From Octopus vulgaris (lineage: Eukaryota): a stretch of DNA of 64,000 nucleotides. Each line of letters begins with the position of its first letter. Within the stretch, counting starts at the first letter, position 1. Below are positions 38,229 to 51,965 of the stretch, piece after piece. The translations under genes were made by a program, and so were the position numbers. Where the stretch lies: NCBI GenBank assembly GCA_951406725.2, contig OX597825.1, forward strand, positions 56,048,001 through 56,112,000, read 5' to 3'. The notes below the pieces were generated by a model. It was given only the letters and a program-made list of their open reading frames with translations. It had not been told where the DNA came from and ran no database searches.

Positions 38229-40429
38229 TATATACAGCTTCACACACACACACCCCATGAGTATATGTAGTTGTAATGAAATAAGGATTTGTCCTTACAG
38301 ATTCAAACGATGATACAACTATCTTCTTTCCGATACATTCCTGTAACCCTGGATTTAGATTTGCTTACACTGGTTGTTTTATTATTCATCACTTCAGGCT
38401 CTGCAACTACATAAGGCGATGTTTCTACTTAACCTTGCATCGGTTTCTTCATCTCATGGCAATAACACAGAAAGAACAGGATGTAAAGAAAACACACGCA
38501 CTAACGCGCGCGCGCACACACATACACACACATAAATCTGTGTATGTATGTGTATGTATGTATGTATATATATATATATACACACACACACATATACATA
38601 TGTATAGACACATGTATGTATATATATATATATATATATATAAATGCTTAAATATTTATACACACACACACACACACACAAGTATGTACCTGTGTAAATA
38701 CGCTCACACACATATATAAATATATAAATATATTCATATACACGCATCTCTCTCTCTATATATATATATGTGTGTATATATATATATAAATATATACACA
38801 TATATATGCATATATATGTACATACGTACACACACACAGACATATATATATATATGTATGTGTGCATAAATATATTTGTGTATGCGTTTATGTGTGCCTG
38901 TGTGTGTCAGTTTTGTATGAACGTATTCGCACATGCACACACCCATACACGCACATAGATAAATAAATATGTGTGTGTATGTTGTGTGAGTATGTGTTTG
39001 TGTGCGTGTGTTTGTATATGTGCAAGTTTATACGTACAAACAGCCTTATGCGTTGTCCTCCTGTAAGAAAAATAAATAAAACGTCACATTATTTGCTCGT
39101 ATCCTTATTTCAATTATCCTCATTTTGTTGTCTTATATTTTATTTAGTTATTTATTTCTCTTTGTATTTCTTTGTCTGTCTTTAAACTACTTCCAAACGT
39201 CTCTAATGAATATCCAAAATCCTTGTTTCACACACTGTTAACGATGTGACAAACTAACGGCTTTCGTTGCAGTTTTTTTCTTTTCTTTTTATTTTATACA
39301 TTGATCTTGTGTTTTGTTTAAACCGAGCTTATTACATGGAAATAACTATTCAGGTCAAACAAGCCAAAGCTGCGCTTAACTTCTCTTTCGAAATGTAAAT
39401 CAACGTATTTTACTCTTGTTTTCTCATTCTTGCAAGACTGCTACTGCTGCTGTTGTTGTTACGCACGAATTTTGAAGTGTGTGAGAACGAAATATAATCC
39501 GACCACACTACACATTTAAGAGACAGTTCCATATACTCCACAGTTGATATTATTGTTCATTCATAGAATTTCTAAGAATTCTGAATATTTTCTATGGTTT
39601 TTTTTTGTTTTGTTTTTTGGCTTGAAATTTTCGTTTAAAATTGAAAAAGAAACGAAACATGCTTATAATGAAAAATCATGGGGTCGGGAGTTTTTACCGT
39701 TTCACTATCTCCTGTGGAACCTTTTATTTGTTTTTCTTTCTTTCTTTCTTTCCCTTTTTTGTTTTCATTATTCTTTTCCTTCATTCTCGTCTATTCATTT
39801 TTGTTTTTGCTTTTATATTCCTTTGTTAACGTTTGCTTATCTTTTACTTCTTTCCTTTCAGTGAAGTTCGCTATTTTTTCTTTTGTCTTGTTTTATCTTC
39901 GTTTTGTTCCTTTCTTTTGTTCATTGCCTTTTGTTGTTTCTTTTTTCTTTCTTTCTAAACTCTTTATCTTATTTTGGTTCACAACGGGATGCCAAAGCAC
40001 AAGAATTATTGCCAGAATAAAGAAACATGTTCACATTTATATTCCATTAACATTGTAGTAGTAAAGACATCTGTTTGCAGACGTTCAATCTTCATTATGA
40101 CAAATGTTCCAGTAGTGGAATGGCAGAATCGGTAACGCGATGGTACTAAGTACCTTACCAGAAGCTAGTTATATCTATTTACGTTTTGTGTTCGAATACC
40201 GCCTAGGTCAACGATTTTACTTTCAACAGACATCTTCTACCGAACATCATAACCTGAGTAAATGACAGACGAAGGGAACTGAATCTGGAGAATATTAAGA
40301 CAATGGCAACTGGCAGAAAACAACAGTCAAAAATAAATGAATACATACGTTTTCGGAGACATGTGCAGATGGAAAATTTGAAATATGATGTAGAATTCAC
40401 TTGATTGACAGTTATATGTTTAAGAATCC

Positions 40430-40560
40430 TGCTTTACAACTGCGCGATTTGGGGTTCAGTCTGTAATATGCGGCATATGGAACAAATGTCTTCTACAATA
40501 GCACTGGGCCAAAGAATGTATTTGAGAGGATTTGGCAGATGGAAACTGCGTGAAAGCCCA
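40430..40560 (+). mobile_element. SINE family A, 5' half, diverged
   Basis: ggttcagtctgtaatatgcggc..aaatgtcttctacaatagc..ggatttggcagatggaaactg. Confidence 0.7.
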
Positions 40561-40570
40561 TTGTGTGCGC

Positions 40571-40603
<33 letters not shown>

Positions 40604-40759
40604 TGTATGTATGTATGTATGTATGTATGTATGTATGTATGCATGTATGTATGCATGTATGTATGCATGTATGTATGTATGTATGTATGTATGTATGTAT
40701 GTATGTACATATATTTATAGCTATATATATACATATATATATACACATATATGCCTACT

Positions 40760-40814
<55 letters not shown>

Positions 40815-40844
40815 GTGTGTGTGTATACATACATACATACATAT

Positions 40845-40898
<54 letters not shown>

Positions 40899-40914
40899 GA
40901 AATTTACAGAAAAA

Positions 40915-41055
40915 CAAAAAACAATGACAGGTGTATAAACAACAAGCAGGTGTATTAATTTGACACTCGGGAAGGTGAGAAAGTATTTTACGTTTCGAGC
41001 ATGCGCTCTTAAAAAGAAAGGAACATGAGGAAATAAACATAGAGGAAATAAAAAA
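40915..41055 (-). mobile_element. Penelope-like pLTR fragment (same family as 3490-3795)
   Basis: Reverse complement ttcctttctttttaagagcgcatgctcGAAAcgTAaaatactttctcaccttcccgagtg. Confidence 0.6.
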
Positions 41056-41538
41056 TCTTTTGAAGTAACAACGTACAGATTAAGAGGAAACAGAGTAAGA
41101 AAAAACAGTGAATTCAAAAAAGTTCAAGACGTTTCAAACGTCATGGTGTATTGGAGCGATTTTTCATCAACGGAAGAATCCAGTGAAATCTGTATGCATA
41201 TCCAGGAGAAATACGGGTGGAATACTGGTGTGTAGATGAGGAGAGGTGCAGAAATTTCAGGTAGAAGTAAGTCTGAAGTGTAGGAGGTTAGAGTAAGATA
41301 AAACTGGTGCGACCACAGGAGCGTGCAATATATGGTTGAAACTTACATATTATTTGTGCATTGTTTGTCCGAGTACTCATTCTTATTGTTCGACATTAGT
41401 GTGTGTATATATATATATATATACATGCATACATATACAATATTCAGTTGAATTAGATACTTAAGTTGAGGCACCAAGTCAGTGCGGTATTGTTAGGTGA
41501 ATAAAAAGCAAATAACTAAGAAGGATGTCCAGGTATCA

Positions 41539-41627
41539 GTACATTACGGCCGTTTCAAGCAGCTCCATTTAATTGATCAATGCAAACATTACATCAATTT
41601 GAAATAAACCGCACTCCTCGGACGCAT
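41539..41627 (-). ncRNA. Type-I hammerhead-like motif with CCGAGGA core, inside a Penelope-like pLTR (about 41440-41640)
   Basis: Reverse complement: atgcgt CCGAGGA gtgcggtttattt..aaatggagctgctt GAAA c GGCC g TA atgtac. Confidence 0.65.
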
Positions 41628-42590
41628 ACGACCATATAGATTTCCACCATACATGATATTTGTTAGCAAATTTTTCGTCAGTGCTAGAGAAAAAATAATT
41701 ACATTGCATCTTTTTGCTATTTTTGTAGCAGAATCTAGGAGCGGGGATACCGAAAGCCTACTATAATTTAGAGCAGTAGAAGAAAATAATAGGGGTCAAG
41801 AAAGAGCAATGGTGATATATTGTTATATTCATCTTTATCCTTGTCACATTCAAAAGACCCAATGCAGAAGTAGTCTGCATCCCGTTAGAATGAAAGCCAT
41901 TGGGAATTGTCAGTTAAGTTCTTGCTGTTGGGGATAAATTTATACCAGATATTCTTCCCTACCCTTATTTTACTGTGACCATAAAATCAGCCATATTTAC
42001 ATAAAAGAATATGTTTTAGAAGATGCTAGCAAGAGAATGATATATATATATCGACGGGGTGATAACCAGAAAGGGGATCGGTAGGGGTGATTTTAACATA
42101 TGATTAACAACTAAAAGAGACATAAAATGGAAAACAAATGAGGTCACAATAAGGTCTAAGTGTGACGATTAAAAGTACGTGAAATGTGCAGCCAAAATTT
42201 AGCAAAATTTATATATTAAACTATTAAAATTTAGAAAAGGATTTCAGAACCAAGTAAAAGAAGAAGGATAGAAAGGATAGATAAAACAACCTAAGCCATA
42301 AAAGGGTACTGTTATATAAAATAGAGACCACATAATGCTTCTTCCAAGCATAAGGTTAAGGTGGTCATGATAAAACAATTCAACGATGAACCTACAATTA
42401 AACTCAGATATCATCCGAGTAGGGGTACACATTTTCTATTGAATCAAAACCAAAGATTAGGGGCTACGCAATTAAATAAATATTTCTATAAAAGGTTAAC
42501 TTATTTTAAAACCTTCGGAAAATGTATTTATATAAAAATTACCAACATTATGAAAAAATCTGAAACGATATAAAAAGGTATAAAAACACC

Positions 42591-42651
<61 letters not shown>

Positions 42652-42811
42652 GAATTATATAGGGCAATTATAAAATATAAGTATAAATAAATAAATATAA
42701 ATAGCATATTGTATCATATTATACCATGATTATACCATGATTACAACAGATAGATTACAACAGATAGAACTTCTTCACAATCCATAGAAACTACACCAGT
42801 ATATATGAGGG

Positions 42812-42856
<45 letters not shown>

Positions 42857-43489
42857 GTGTGTGTGTGTTCAAAATACAATAATATAATATGAGATAAAAA
42901 ATAAATAAAATGAGATAAAAATGGATAAAAGGAAAAAAATATTTGTATAAAATTTCCATAAAGGATTTATAAAATGAAAATATAGAAATAAAGCTGAAAA
43001 GCTTACATTTCGAATGCCATAAAATATATACTGGATACAGAAAGAGATAAAAGATAAAGGATGAGAATAAGTCATCGTATTCATTACCAAAGCTAATTAA
43101 AAATAGATAAAATAAGATAAAGATACTATTGGAAATGGTTTTATTAAATATCTGTAAGATATATTATTACTGGCATAGATGTGTGCAGGATCATAAGGGA
43201 GACGTAAAATCTGGAAATCCGCTGTAATTGTACCTATTATGACTGATAGGGGAAAAAAGGCTTAGAACCGATGGGAAAATAGTATAATCTAAGTATAGGA
43301 GGAATGCAGATTAAGCAGGTAGGGGTTATAAGAGGGCAATATTACGTATAATTCCATACAATATAGGGAATGTTATGAAAGATGTAACACCCCAGTTCTG
43401 GGTTGATTTATTCGGCTAAAGGCTGTACTCCAGCATGGCCGCAGTCGAATGGATGAGACATATATATATATATATATACAGACTCATAC

Positions 43490-43630
43490 AAACGTCTACT
43501 AAATCTACTCACAAGGCTTTGATCGGTTCGAGGCTAAAGTAGAAGTCACCTGCCGAAGGTATCGCGCAGTGGGACTGAACCCGAAAACATGTGGCTGAGA
43601 AGCAAGCTTCTTACCACACAGCGCCACTCC
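43490..43630 (-). mobile_element. SINE family A, 5' half
   Basis: cgtctactaaatctactcacaaggctttg..gcagtgggactgaacccg..cttcttaccacaca. Confidence 0.8.
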
Positions 43631-43649
43631 TATGTACTCCTATGTACAC

Positions 43650-43727
<78 letters not shown>

Positions 43728-43728
43728 A

Positions 43729-43813
<85 letters not shown>

Positions 43814-43905
43814 CACACATATATATAATATAATATACATGATATATATATATATATACATATAAAATATGTATATATATATACACACACACACATATAT
43901 ATATA

Positions 43906-43954
<49 letters not shown>

Positions 43955-43958
<4 letters not shown>

Positions 43959-44155
43959 GGTCCCGGGTTGATTCGGGGTTAACCACAGTAAATAAGGTAC
44001 TCAATACATAGCAGAGTAAAATTAATTTATTATATAGAAGGAGCTTCTACAGGACTAGAACTGTTTCATTCAAGAGAAATCTTCAGGAAGCGCTTCCTGA
44101 AGATTTCTCTTGAATGAAACAGTTCTAGTCCTGTAAACTCCTTCTATATAATAAA

Positions 44156-44160
<5 letters not shown>
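43955..44160. repeat. Fold-back element with loopless near-perfect palindrome at 44021-44160, flanked by (TA)n
   Basis: Centre ...cttcaggaagc|gcttcctgaag...; arms differ by two single-base indels; each arm has CTGAAGA-tttctcttgaat-GAAAC. Confidence 0.9.
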
Positions 44161-44212
<52 letters not shown>

Positions 44213-45591
44213 TATACACACGTTATTGATATGAGCAGCAGTAAAAGTTCACATCAGCAATCTGTATATCATACATAGAGCATATTTGCACTTGGAAATC
44301 TTCTAAAGTGCGGCATTTGATTCGAGAACGCATCTCTTATAGACGTATGATGTCAAAAACATAAAAATATAACAACAGCATAGGAAATCCGTTCAGAAGC
44401 GGCGGTAGCATTGCTAAATCCGGATTTCTGTCGCCTTGAGTTTCATCCGTAGCAAGTATCTACTGGCTCCACATGATAAGCAGTATCGGTCTTCAGCTAA
44501 ATAGTCATCGCCAGCATTTAGCCGGCAGAATAAATATTCGTTATTAGCAGGGAAGCAGTAATAATTCAAATTAGCAACTTTTATATTATACTTAGTCTAT
44601 TGGATATTAAGAAAGATATTATCACTTTGATAAGAAATCTCTGAGAATAGATGGTAAAGAAGACTATGAAACCAATGTGAGAGAGCCAGAAAAGTTTAAA
44701 AAGAAACAAGAAAATTTTATTCGACGCCATCAATCACAAAAAAAAAAGACAAGTAGTTTGAACATTTAATTAGGGGAAAAAAAGGATTAAATAAAATTTT
44801 AATAGAAGAGAAAGTAGGTGTAGAAAGAGTAAGAAGAAAAAAATGGACGGATAATATCAAGAAGTGGATGGATGAAGACGATGGCGATGATTGTGGTGGT
44901 GGTGGTGGTGGTGGTGGAAGTTGCGATGTACTGATGGTACTAATTGTGACACTGGTGATGATAGCGACCATGGGCAGCGGCGTCGGCGGCAGCGGTGACA
45001 GTAGCGGAAACGATGATGGTGAACATTCCGATGTACATAAGTATGTACAATGATATATTGGAACACATTCAATTGTCTATACAAATTATTTTAAAGATCT
45101 AATAAATAATGCCAGTATTGTACTGGCTTTGATCTAATTTTTAAAACAACAGCGCTGTGTCTTTATTAGAAATAAACAGCATTAATGCAGTCAGAGTTAC
45201 AGAAGCGTAAGTGAGCGACGCCAAATACCTTGCTGTAATAGTCACATATTTCTAGACATTGACATACGTTCAAATAACGCCCGGCTCGTTACAATAAAAC
45301 AGCCATCACATATTAGCATGTCGATTAAATAAGCTAGATATTATCTTCATTGGGGATGCAGGTAACAATGAATTAGCAGGAAAATATACTGGAAAACCGG
45401 ATATGATGCGGTGACCCTGCTTCCCTGCTAATAATGAATATTCATTCAGCCTACCGGTTAAATAAAAGGATTTCAAACAAAATTATGCAAACACCAAGTT
45501 CAGTATATTTTGTAATTTTTACACTGAGGCTGTAATTTTTACAGCAAAAGCTATTGCCTGGTTTTGTACAGCTAAAATATGTGCAGTAGAC

Positions 45592-45638
<47 letters not shown>

Positions 45639-45926
45639 CAAGGCAGAGGTTGTGTGTGTGAGAGTGTGTGTGTGTGAGAGAGAGAGAGATAGCAAGACAG
45701 AGGCTGTGTGTGTGTGTGTGTGCGTATTTATTTGTATGTGTGTGTTTAATATATATAATATAAAGAAGCAAAATAGGGTTTGCTGATAGCCAGCAAACCC
45801 TTTCTCTCCTATCTTGTGATGCCTGCAACTGTATTTGTCTCTCCCAAGATGGACTAGTAAGTCGTAAGCGGTAACATGTATTTAGAACTTTTTCTACTGA
45901 ATTATATTAATCTTATTGCAATAATT

Positions 45927-46340
45927 CGCAGGAGTGGCTGTGTGGTAAGTAGCTTGCTTACCAACCACATGGTTCCGGGTTCAGTCCCACTGCGTGGCAC
46001 CTTGGACAAATGTCTTCTACTATAGCCTCGGGCCGACCAAAGCCTTGTGAGTGGATTTGGTAGACGGAAACTGAAAGAAGCCCGTCGTATATATGTGTAT
46101 ATATGTATGTGCGTGTATGTTTGTGTGTCTGTGTTTGTCCCTCTAGCATTGCTTGACAACCGATGCTGGTATGTTTATGTCCCCGTTACTTAGCGGTTCG
46201 GCAAAAGAGACCGATAGAATAAGTACTGGACTTACAAAAGAATAAGTCCCGGGGTCGAGTTGCTCGACTAAAGGCGGTGCTCCAGCATGGCCGCAGTCAA
46301 ATGACTGAAACAAGTAAAAGAGTAAAAGAGTAAAGAGTAA
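45927..46340 (+). mobile_element. SINE family A, best-preserved copy (tRNA head, Meta/MESC-like central domain, internal microsatellite, (AGTAAAAG)n-like tail)
   Basis: A box tggctgtgtgg, B-box-like ggttcagtccc, tail agtaaaagagtaaaagagtaaagagtaa; the central-domain name is from memory. Confidence 0.95.
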
Positions 46341-46693
46341 GATCTACAGAAATAAATCTGGGTTGATTAGGAACATGAGATGTCACATAACGATTTTCAG
46401 CATATTTTTACAATCAAATCAAACATTTTTGTGTCGTCTGTGTGGAAATATTTGTAAATGTCATTTCGGTTGTATAACACCTCGACTACCTCTAACCATT
46501 TTCTGATAATTTCAAACTGTAAATGTTCAGCTCTATCTTACCAGTGAGGTTGTGTGTTTTAATTTTTGACTAGTTTTGTGTCTATGTGGGTACTCTGTCC
46601 GTATTGGTACTGAGAAGAGCCATTCTCGATTAATGAATGAGACGACAACCATATCATCAATCATATATACACATAGATGTATGGCTACGTATA

Positions 46694-46748
<55 letters not shown>

Positions 46749-46754
46749 TTCTAC

Positions 46755-46813
<59 letters not shown>

Positions 46814-46879
46814 CATGCATACATGCGTGTGCATGTGTGTGTGTATGTTTGTAAATATGTATGTATATATACGTGCATA

Positions 46880-46929
<50 letters not shown>

Positions 46930-47493
46930 CAAATATATATGTATATATATTTATATATATACAAACACACTTACATGTAGACACATTTATGTAGGTTTGT
47001 ATATACATATATATATATATTTGTGTGTGTGTGTGTGTGTACATATATATATGTACTTTGTGTGTCTATGTATGTGTATACAAACACATACATAATGTAC
47101 AGGCAAACATGTATGTATTATGTATGTATGTATGTATGAATGTATGTATATGTATGGACGTATGTATGTAACAGCATTGACAAGGGTAGCTCCGAGAATG
47201 TCAATAGTTTCCTGGTTTTCGGTCTCAATTCTCCAAATCAATTAACTTCCATTTTATTGCGTTCCGCTCGTAGTTAAAGACTAGGATGACGAGCGTATGT
47301 ATACCAATATCCTTATTGCTAATACTGAATTCAACTGTTAATACTAGACTAACTCTGCTGTAGTACTCTTTCCGAACTTTCTCGTTCATTTCTGCGCGTG
47401 TAAGCTACACCTTATCACTTTCTGCTAACAATTATATGTGTTTTTGTTCTTTTTCTTTTCCTTATAACATTTTCTAATTTATGTCTCTCTCAA

Positions 47494-47629
47494 ATGCAGG
47501 CGTGACTGTGTTTTAAGCAGCTTGATTCCAAACTACATGGTTCCAGTTTCAGTCCTGCTATGCGGCAGCCTGGGCAAGTGTTGGCTATTGTAGCCACGAG
47601 TCGATCAAAGCCTGATAAATGGATCTGGT

Positions 47630-47632
<3 letters not shown>
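47494..47632 (+). mobile_element. SINE family A, 5' half, diverged
   Basis: gcaggcgtgactgtgttttaagcagcttg..catggttccagtttcagtcc..tgggcaagtg. Confidence 0.75.
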
Positions 47633-47708
<76 letters not shown>

Positions 47709-47749
47709 GTATATACATATATGTATATATGTATGTACGTATGTATATT

Positions 47750-48008
47750 GATAGAAAAGACAACAAAAGAATGAAAGAGACCTCGATATTATGTAAATGA
47801 GGAATTTATCTATAAATGTAATACGTGACAATTATTCTGTAGCCATGATAAAACTCCGAGTTTCGGATGTCGGGGTGGAAATCCACGCCGCCATCTCTTC
47901 AGTTGTCCGGTCGGATAACTGAAGAGATGGCGGCGTGGATTTCCACCCAGACATCCGAAACACGGAGTTTTATCATGGCTACCGAATAATTGCCACATAT
48001 TACATTTA
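47750..48008. mobile_element. Penelope-like fold-back element (palindrome 47813-48008) with a hammerhead-like motif on each arm
   Basis: About 97-bp arms, 2-nt loop; plus-strand motif gataa CTGAAGA gatg..catcc GAAA cacggag TT ttatc (47914-47974). Confidence 0.8.
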
Positions 48009-48015
48009 CGATATG

Positions 48016-48046
<31 letters not shown>

Positions 48047-48469
48047 TGTATGTATGTATGTATGTATGTATGTATGTATGTGTATATATAATTACGCAGC
48101 TGTAAGCAAACCAACACCAGTTGCAGTACGGCGGTGGGGCCCAAACACAAACACAAAGACACACACGCGAACACACACACAAATATGTGGATATACATAT
48201 CTGTGTGCGTGTGTTTGTGTGCGTGCGTGTGAGCGTGTGTGCATGTGAGTGTCTTTGCTTTTGTGTTTGTCCCCTATAAATGTATCCCAACCAATGTTGG
48301 TTTGTTTATTTCTCAGGTTTAGTTAATATGCTCTATTCTTCCTATATTCGTCGTGTTTCACATGTGCAGTTTCTCCTTTTTATATATAGGTTGAATTTAT
48401 TAATATATTTTAATAGCTTTTCCAGCTGGATATTATTATCATTGTATTAGTAATAAATATCTTTATATC

Positions 48470-48676
48470 AGGGCGGCGAACTGGCAGAAAAGTTAGCATG
48501 CCGGGGGAACTGCTTAGCGGTATTTCGTCTATCGTTACGTTCTGAGTTCAAATTCCGCCGAGGTCGACTTTGCCTTTCATCATTTCGGGGTCAATAAATT
48601 AAGTATCCGTGAAATACCGGGGTCGATGGGATCGACTGTCCCCCTCCCAAATATCCAGGCCTTATGCCTATACAGA

Positions 48677-48754
<78 letters not shown>

Positions 48755-48925
48755 AATTATTATTAAGGCGGCGAACTGGTAGAACACTGAACAAAATATT
48801 TAGCGGTATTTCGTTCGTCTTTACGTCGATAAAATAAGTACACGTTGAGGACCGGGGTCGATGTAATCAACTTCCCAACATCCTCCGAACTTGCTGGCCA
48901 GGTGTTGTAATTTGAAACCGATAAA
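48470..48925 (+). mobile_element. Two tandem SINE family B copies (48470-48680, 48766-48925) separated by (TTA)n
   Basis: Each starts ggcggcgaactgg(c/t)agaa. Confidence 0.9.
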
Positions 48926-49536
48926 ATAGAGATGGTATATAGTAACAACGGCCAAACTCCGACTCTCTCATCCTCCAGTTGTTACATCCTTGATGGTGAC
49001 CTATGTCAAATGTGGGAGGCTGTCTGGATCTACTTATGACTACATAAGCGCCTAAAGCAACTAGCAAAAGGTTGGTACTTATTTGTTTATAAGTGACGGC
49101 TATTCTTTCCTTTATATTTGGGTGGCTATTTCTTCGTTTCTTTTTCAGATCCATTATTATATCTTGTGACTGATTTGTATGAGTGAGTGTATACATGTTC
49201 ACTGCTGTCCTGTGAACACACGTACGAAATGCCAAAGTAGTTAGAAACATACTGTGTCAAATAATGTTAATTTCCACTATGGTGAGTATCATTACACGTG
49301 ACCAACACCATGGGCCTACTTCTAGTTGTAACTGTCGAGACCTAGAAACCTTTCCTCTCGAGCAGCGATGTATGCAATGTTTGACATGTTCTCAGTGCAT
49401 AAAACTAATAGTAGCACATAAAAAACATATATTTGTTTGTTAAATAATATTTATCTCTCACCAGATGGAGTACTTTTTTATTGATCTTACCATCACAGAG
49501 CGTTACAATATATATAAATATGTATGTATATATTTA

Positions 49537-50331
49537 CAGGTTGCAGTGAATGAATTGTCGCATAAATTACGTAAACATGAAAATAACACTGACATCTCAT
49601 TTTAACATAAAAATATCCACCACAGACTCCAGACGACTTCGGAAACTCCTGCAGCTCATCTGGGCGGCTTTCTTGTTTAAGTTGGTGAATGCTGCCATCA
49701 TCCTTGCCTTTAGTTCCTGTTTGGTGTTACAGGGAGTTTTGTTGGTCTCTCGCTCAACTCTGCCCCATACATAATAATCAAAGGGATTGCAGTCTGGGGA
49801 GTTAGGTGTCCAGGGGTGATGTCGTCGCAGAAATTGTCCGACAGCCAAGGATGGGTTCTCCTGCTTGTGTGGCATGGTGCAGAGTCCTGTTGCGAGACAT
49901 AGGGTCTTCCAGCAGCCACCCTCTTGACCCAGGGCAGTACTACCTCCTCCAGGTACTTGATGTAGGCCTCTGTGTTGAGTCTTAGGTCGTTGTGGGAAGA
50001 GGAATGTAGGCATAACATCGCCATCACTAGTGATCACTACCAACACCATGATGTTAATTGGACGTTTGATTTTTATCATTCTCGGTACATGTCCTCAGAT
50101 TGACACCCGAACACTCTGAAATGTTCGTATTGGAGTTTCCGGCGCGAATGCTAAGCAGCACAGCATGTCGTTTCGTAATTTCTGGCAGAGTAAATTGCGT
50201 CATGATGCTGGTTTTCTTACAGACGGTGCCCAACGGAACCTATTAAATAAAGTACAAAATCAAAAACAAACAATACGGGTGAGCCAAATAGAAAATAGAA
50301 AATGGCGACAATTTACTCATCGCAACTTGTG
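49537..50331 (-). mobile_element. Tc1/mariner-superfamily element, maT/DD37D-like, internally deleted
   Basis: TIR-like ends caggttgcagtgaatgaattgtcgc / gcgacaatttactcatcgcaacttg; minus-strand QQDSAPCHTSRRT..WLSDNF..W(T)PNSPDCNPFDYYVWGRVERETNK, frameshifted. Confidence 0.9.
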
Positions 50332-50336
50332 TATAC

Positions 50337-50389
<53 letters not shown>

Positions 50390-50406
50390 TAGATAGATAG
50401 ATAGAT

Positions 50407-50449
<43 letters not shown>

Positions 50450-50494
50450 GAGAGAGGGAGAGAGATAGATAGATAGACAGATAGATAGATAGAC

Positions 50495-50563
<69 letters not shown>
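50337..50563 (+). repeat. (GATA)n compound microsatellite; others at 23575-23672, 43650-43812, 52826-52975 and 59990-60085
   Basis: Direct inspection. Confidence 0.95.
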
Positions 50564-50565
<2 letters not shown>

Positions 50566-50925
50566 AAGATGTGTGTGCGTGTGTGTGTCAGTCCGTGTGT
50601 ATTAGTGGGTATGTGAAGAACCAGTTACGTATCTCTTCGTCTCTTAAACTTTGAGTATTGCACGTGGAAGGCATAAACTGGTAACCTACATAAACATACT
50701 CAACATATCGTATCAAATGCTCTTTTCTGTTTATGCGGACGCACATACACACGCACACACACACACACACATAATAGCGCTCATGTACATACAAATATTA
50801 TCTATTTGTCTATCTATCTATTTATCTAATTATCTATCTGGCTGTCTGTCTGTTTCTCACTACCTCCCCCTCTGTGTATATATGTCTGTGTGTATACATA
50901 TATATTCATTTATATGACTACATAG

Positions 50926-50988
<63 letters not shown>

Positions 50989-51019
50989 GAGTAGCAGGGA
51001 AATGTAAAGACACACCATT

Positions 51020-51390
51020 ATAGAGCTACAAGAAGAAATAGAACAGAAAGTGGTTGTGAAGAAAAACAAAATAACGATAACGAGTAAAACCAACCACAAT
51101 GCAGTCAGGTAAATTGAAATAGCAGGGAAGATACTGAAACAAGTTGAAATCTTTGAATATTGGAGAAGAATTCTAATGGAAGATTTAAGATCAAAGAAAG
51201 AAATAGAATATTTAATTGCAGTAGCGACGGTCTCTTTAACAGAATTTCACTCTGTTTTGATAAAATAAAAAATGAAGAAAATAACTACTAAAATTTGATT
51301 ACTTTTATATCCGAGAATACCAATGTGCCAGTGACCTATGTCATCAGCGAAGAAGAGATGAAATGTGTGAACATGTTCGAATTTATAGCG
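51020..51390 (+). pseudogene. Degenerate RTE LINE RT C-terminal fragment
   Basis: IEIAGKILKQVEIFEYWRRILMEDLRSKKEIEYLIAVAT resembles LEQVxxFxYLGSxxTEDGRxxKEIxxRIAxA; a related 60-bp piece recurs at 52338-52397. Confidence 0.6.
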
Positions 51391-51516
51391 ATATAGCCAA
51401 ACCTTTTCTACTGGCTCTGTCCCTTCCTCTTATTCTCCTGTATAGTGCAGTTTCTTTTCCCTTCGTGCATTGCGTCTCTCCACCACCACCAACACCTTCT
51501 CTCTGTCTCTCTCTCT

Positions 51517-51558
<42 letters not shown>

Positions 51559-51751
51559 AGTACCTCCTTTTTCTGTCCGTGTTTGAATTCACTTTCTAAG
51601 TGTCCGAAGTCATTATGCTATTTTTAAAACTGCGCTGAAACAATCGAATGAAACAATGGGCTGAAATGATGGCCTTTTTCGGCAAATGCGGAAAGCATGA
51701 TAAGAAAATAAGACACTTTTAAATTCCTACTATTATAAGTATACATATAAT

Positions 51752-51965
51752 GCGGCAAACTGGCAGAATTGTTAGCATGCTGGACGAAATGATTAGCGGC
51801 ACTTCGCCCATTGCTACGTTCTGAGCTCAAATTCCTCCGAGTTCGACTTTGCTTTTCATCCTTTCGGGGTCGATAAAATAAATACCAGTTAAACACTGGG
51901 GTCAATGTAATCCAGAAATTCCCACTTCCCCCAAACCGCCCTTGTGGCAAAAATTTGAAATCATT
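51752..51965 (+). mobile_element. SINE family B
   Basis: gcggcaaactggcagaattgttagcatgc..ttttcatcctttcggggtcgataaaataaatacc..aaaatttgaaatcatt. Confidence 0.9.

Noticed and set aside
39544-40058. Phe-rich membrane-protein-like ORFs
   Set aside because: Translation of a T-rich low-complexity tract.
44868-45053. Gly/Asp-rich ORF
   Set aside because: Derived from GGT/GAT/GGC trinucleotide-like low complexity; no splice or domain support.
48930-49290. Exon candidate (tttttcag|atcc...|gtgagt)
   Set aside because: No coherent reading frame was evident, and the minus strand weakly resembles a decayed RTE 3' end; too weak to call either way.
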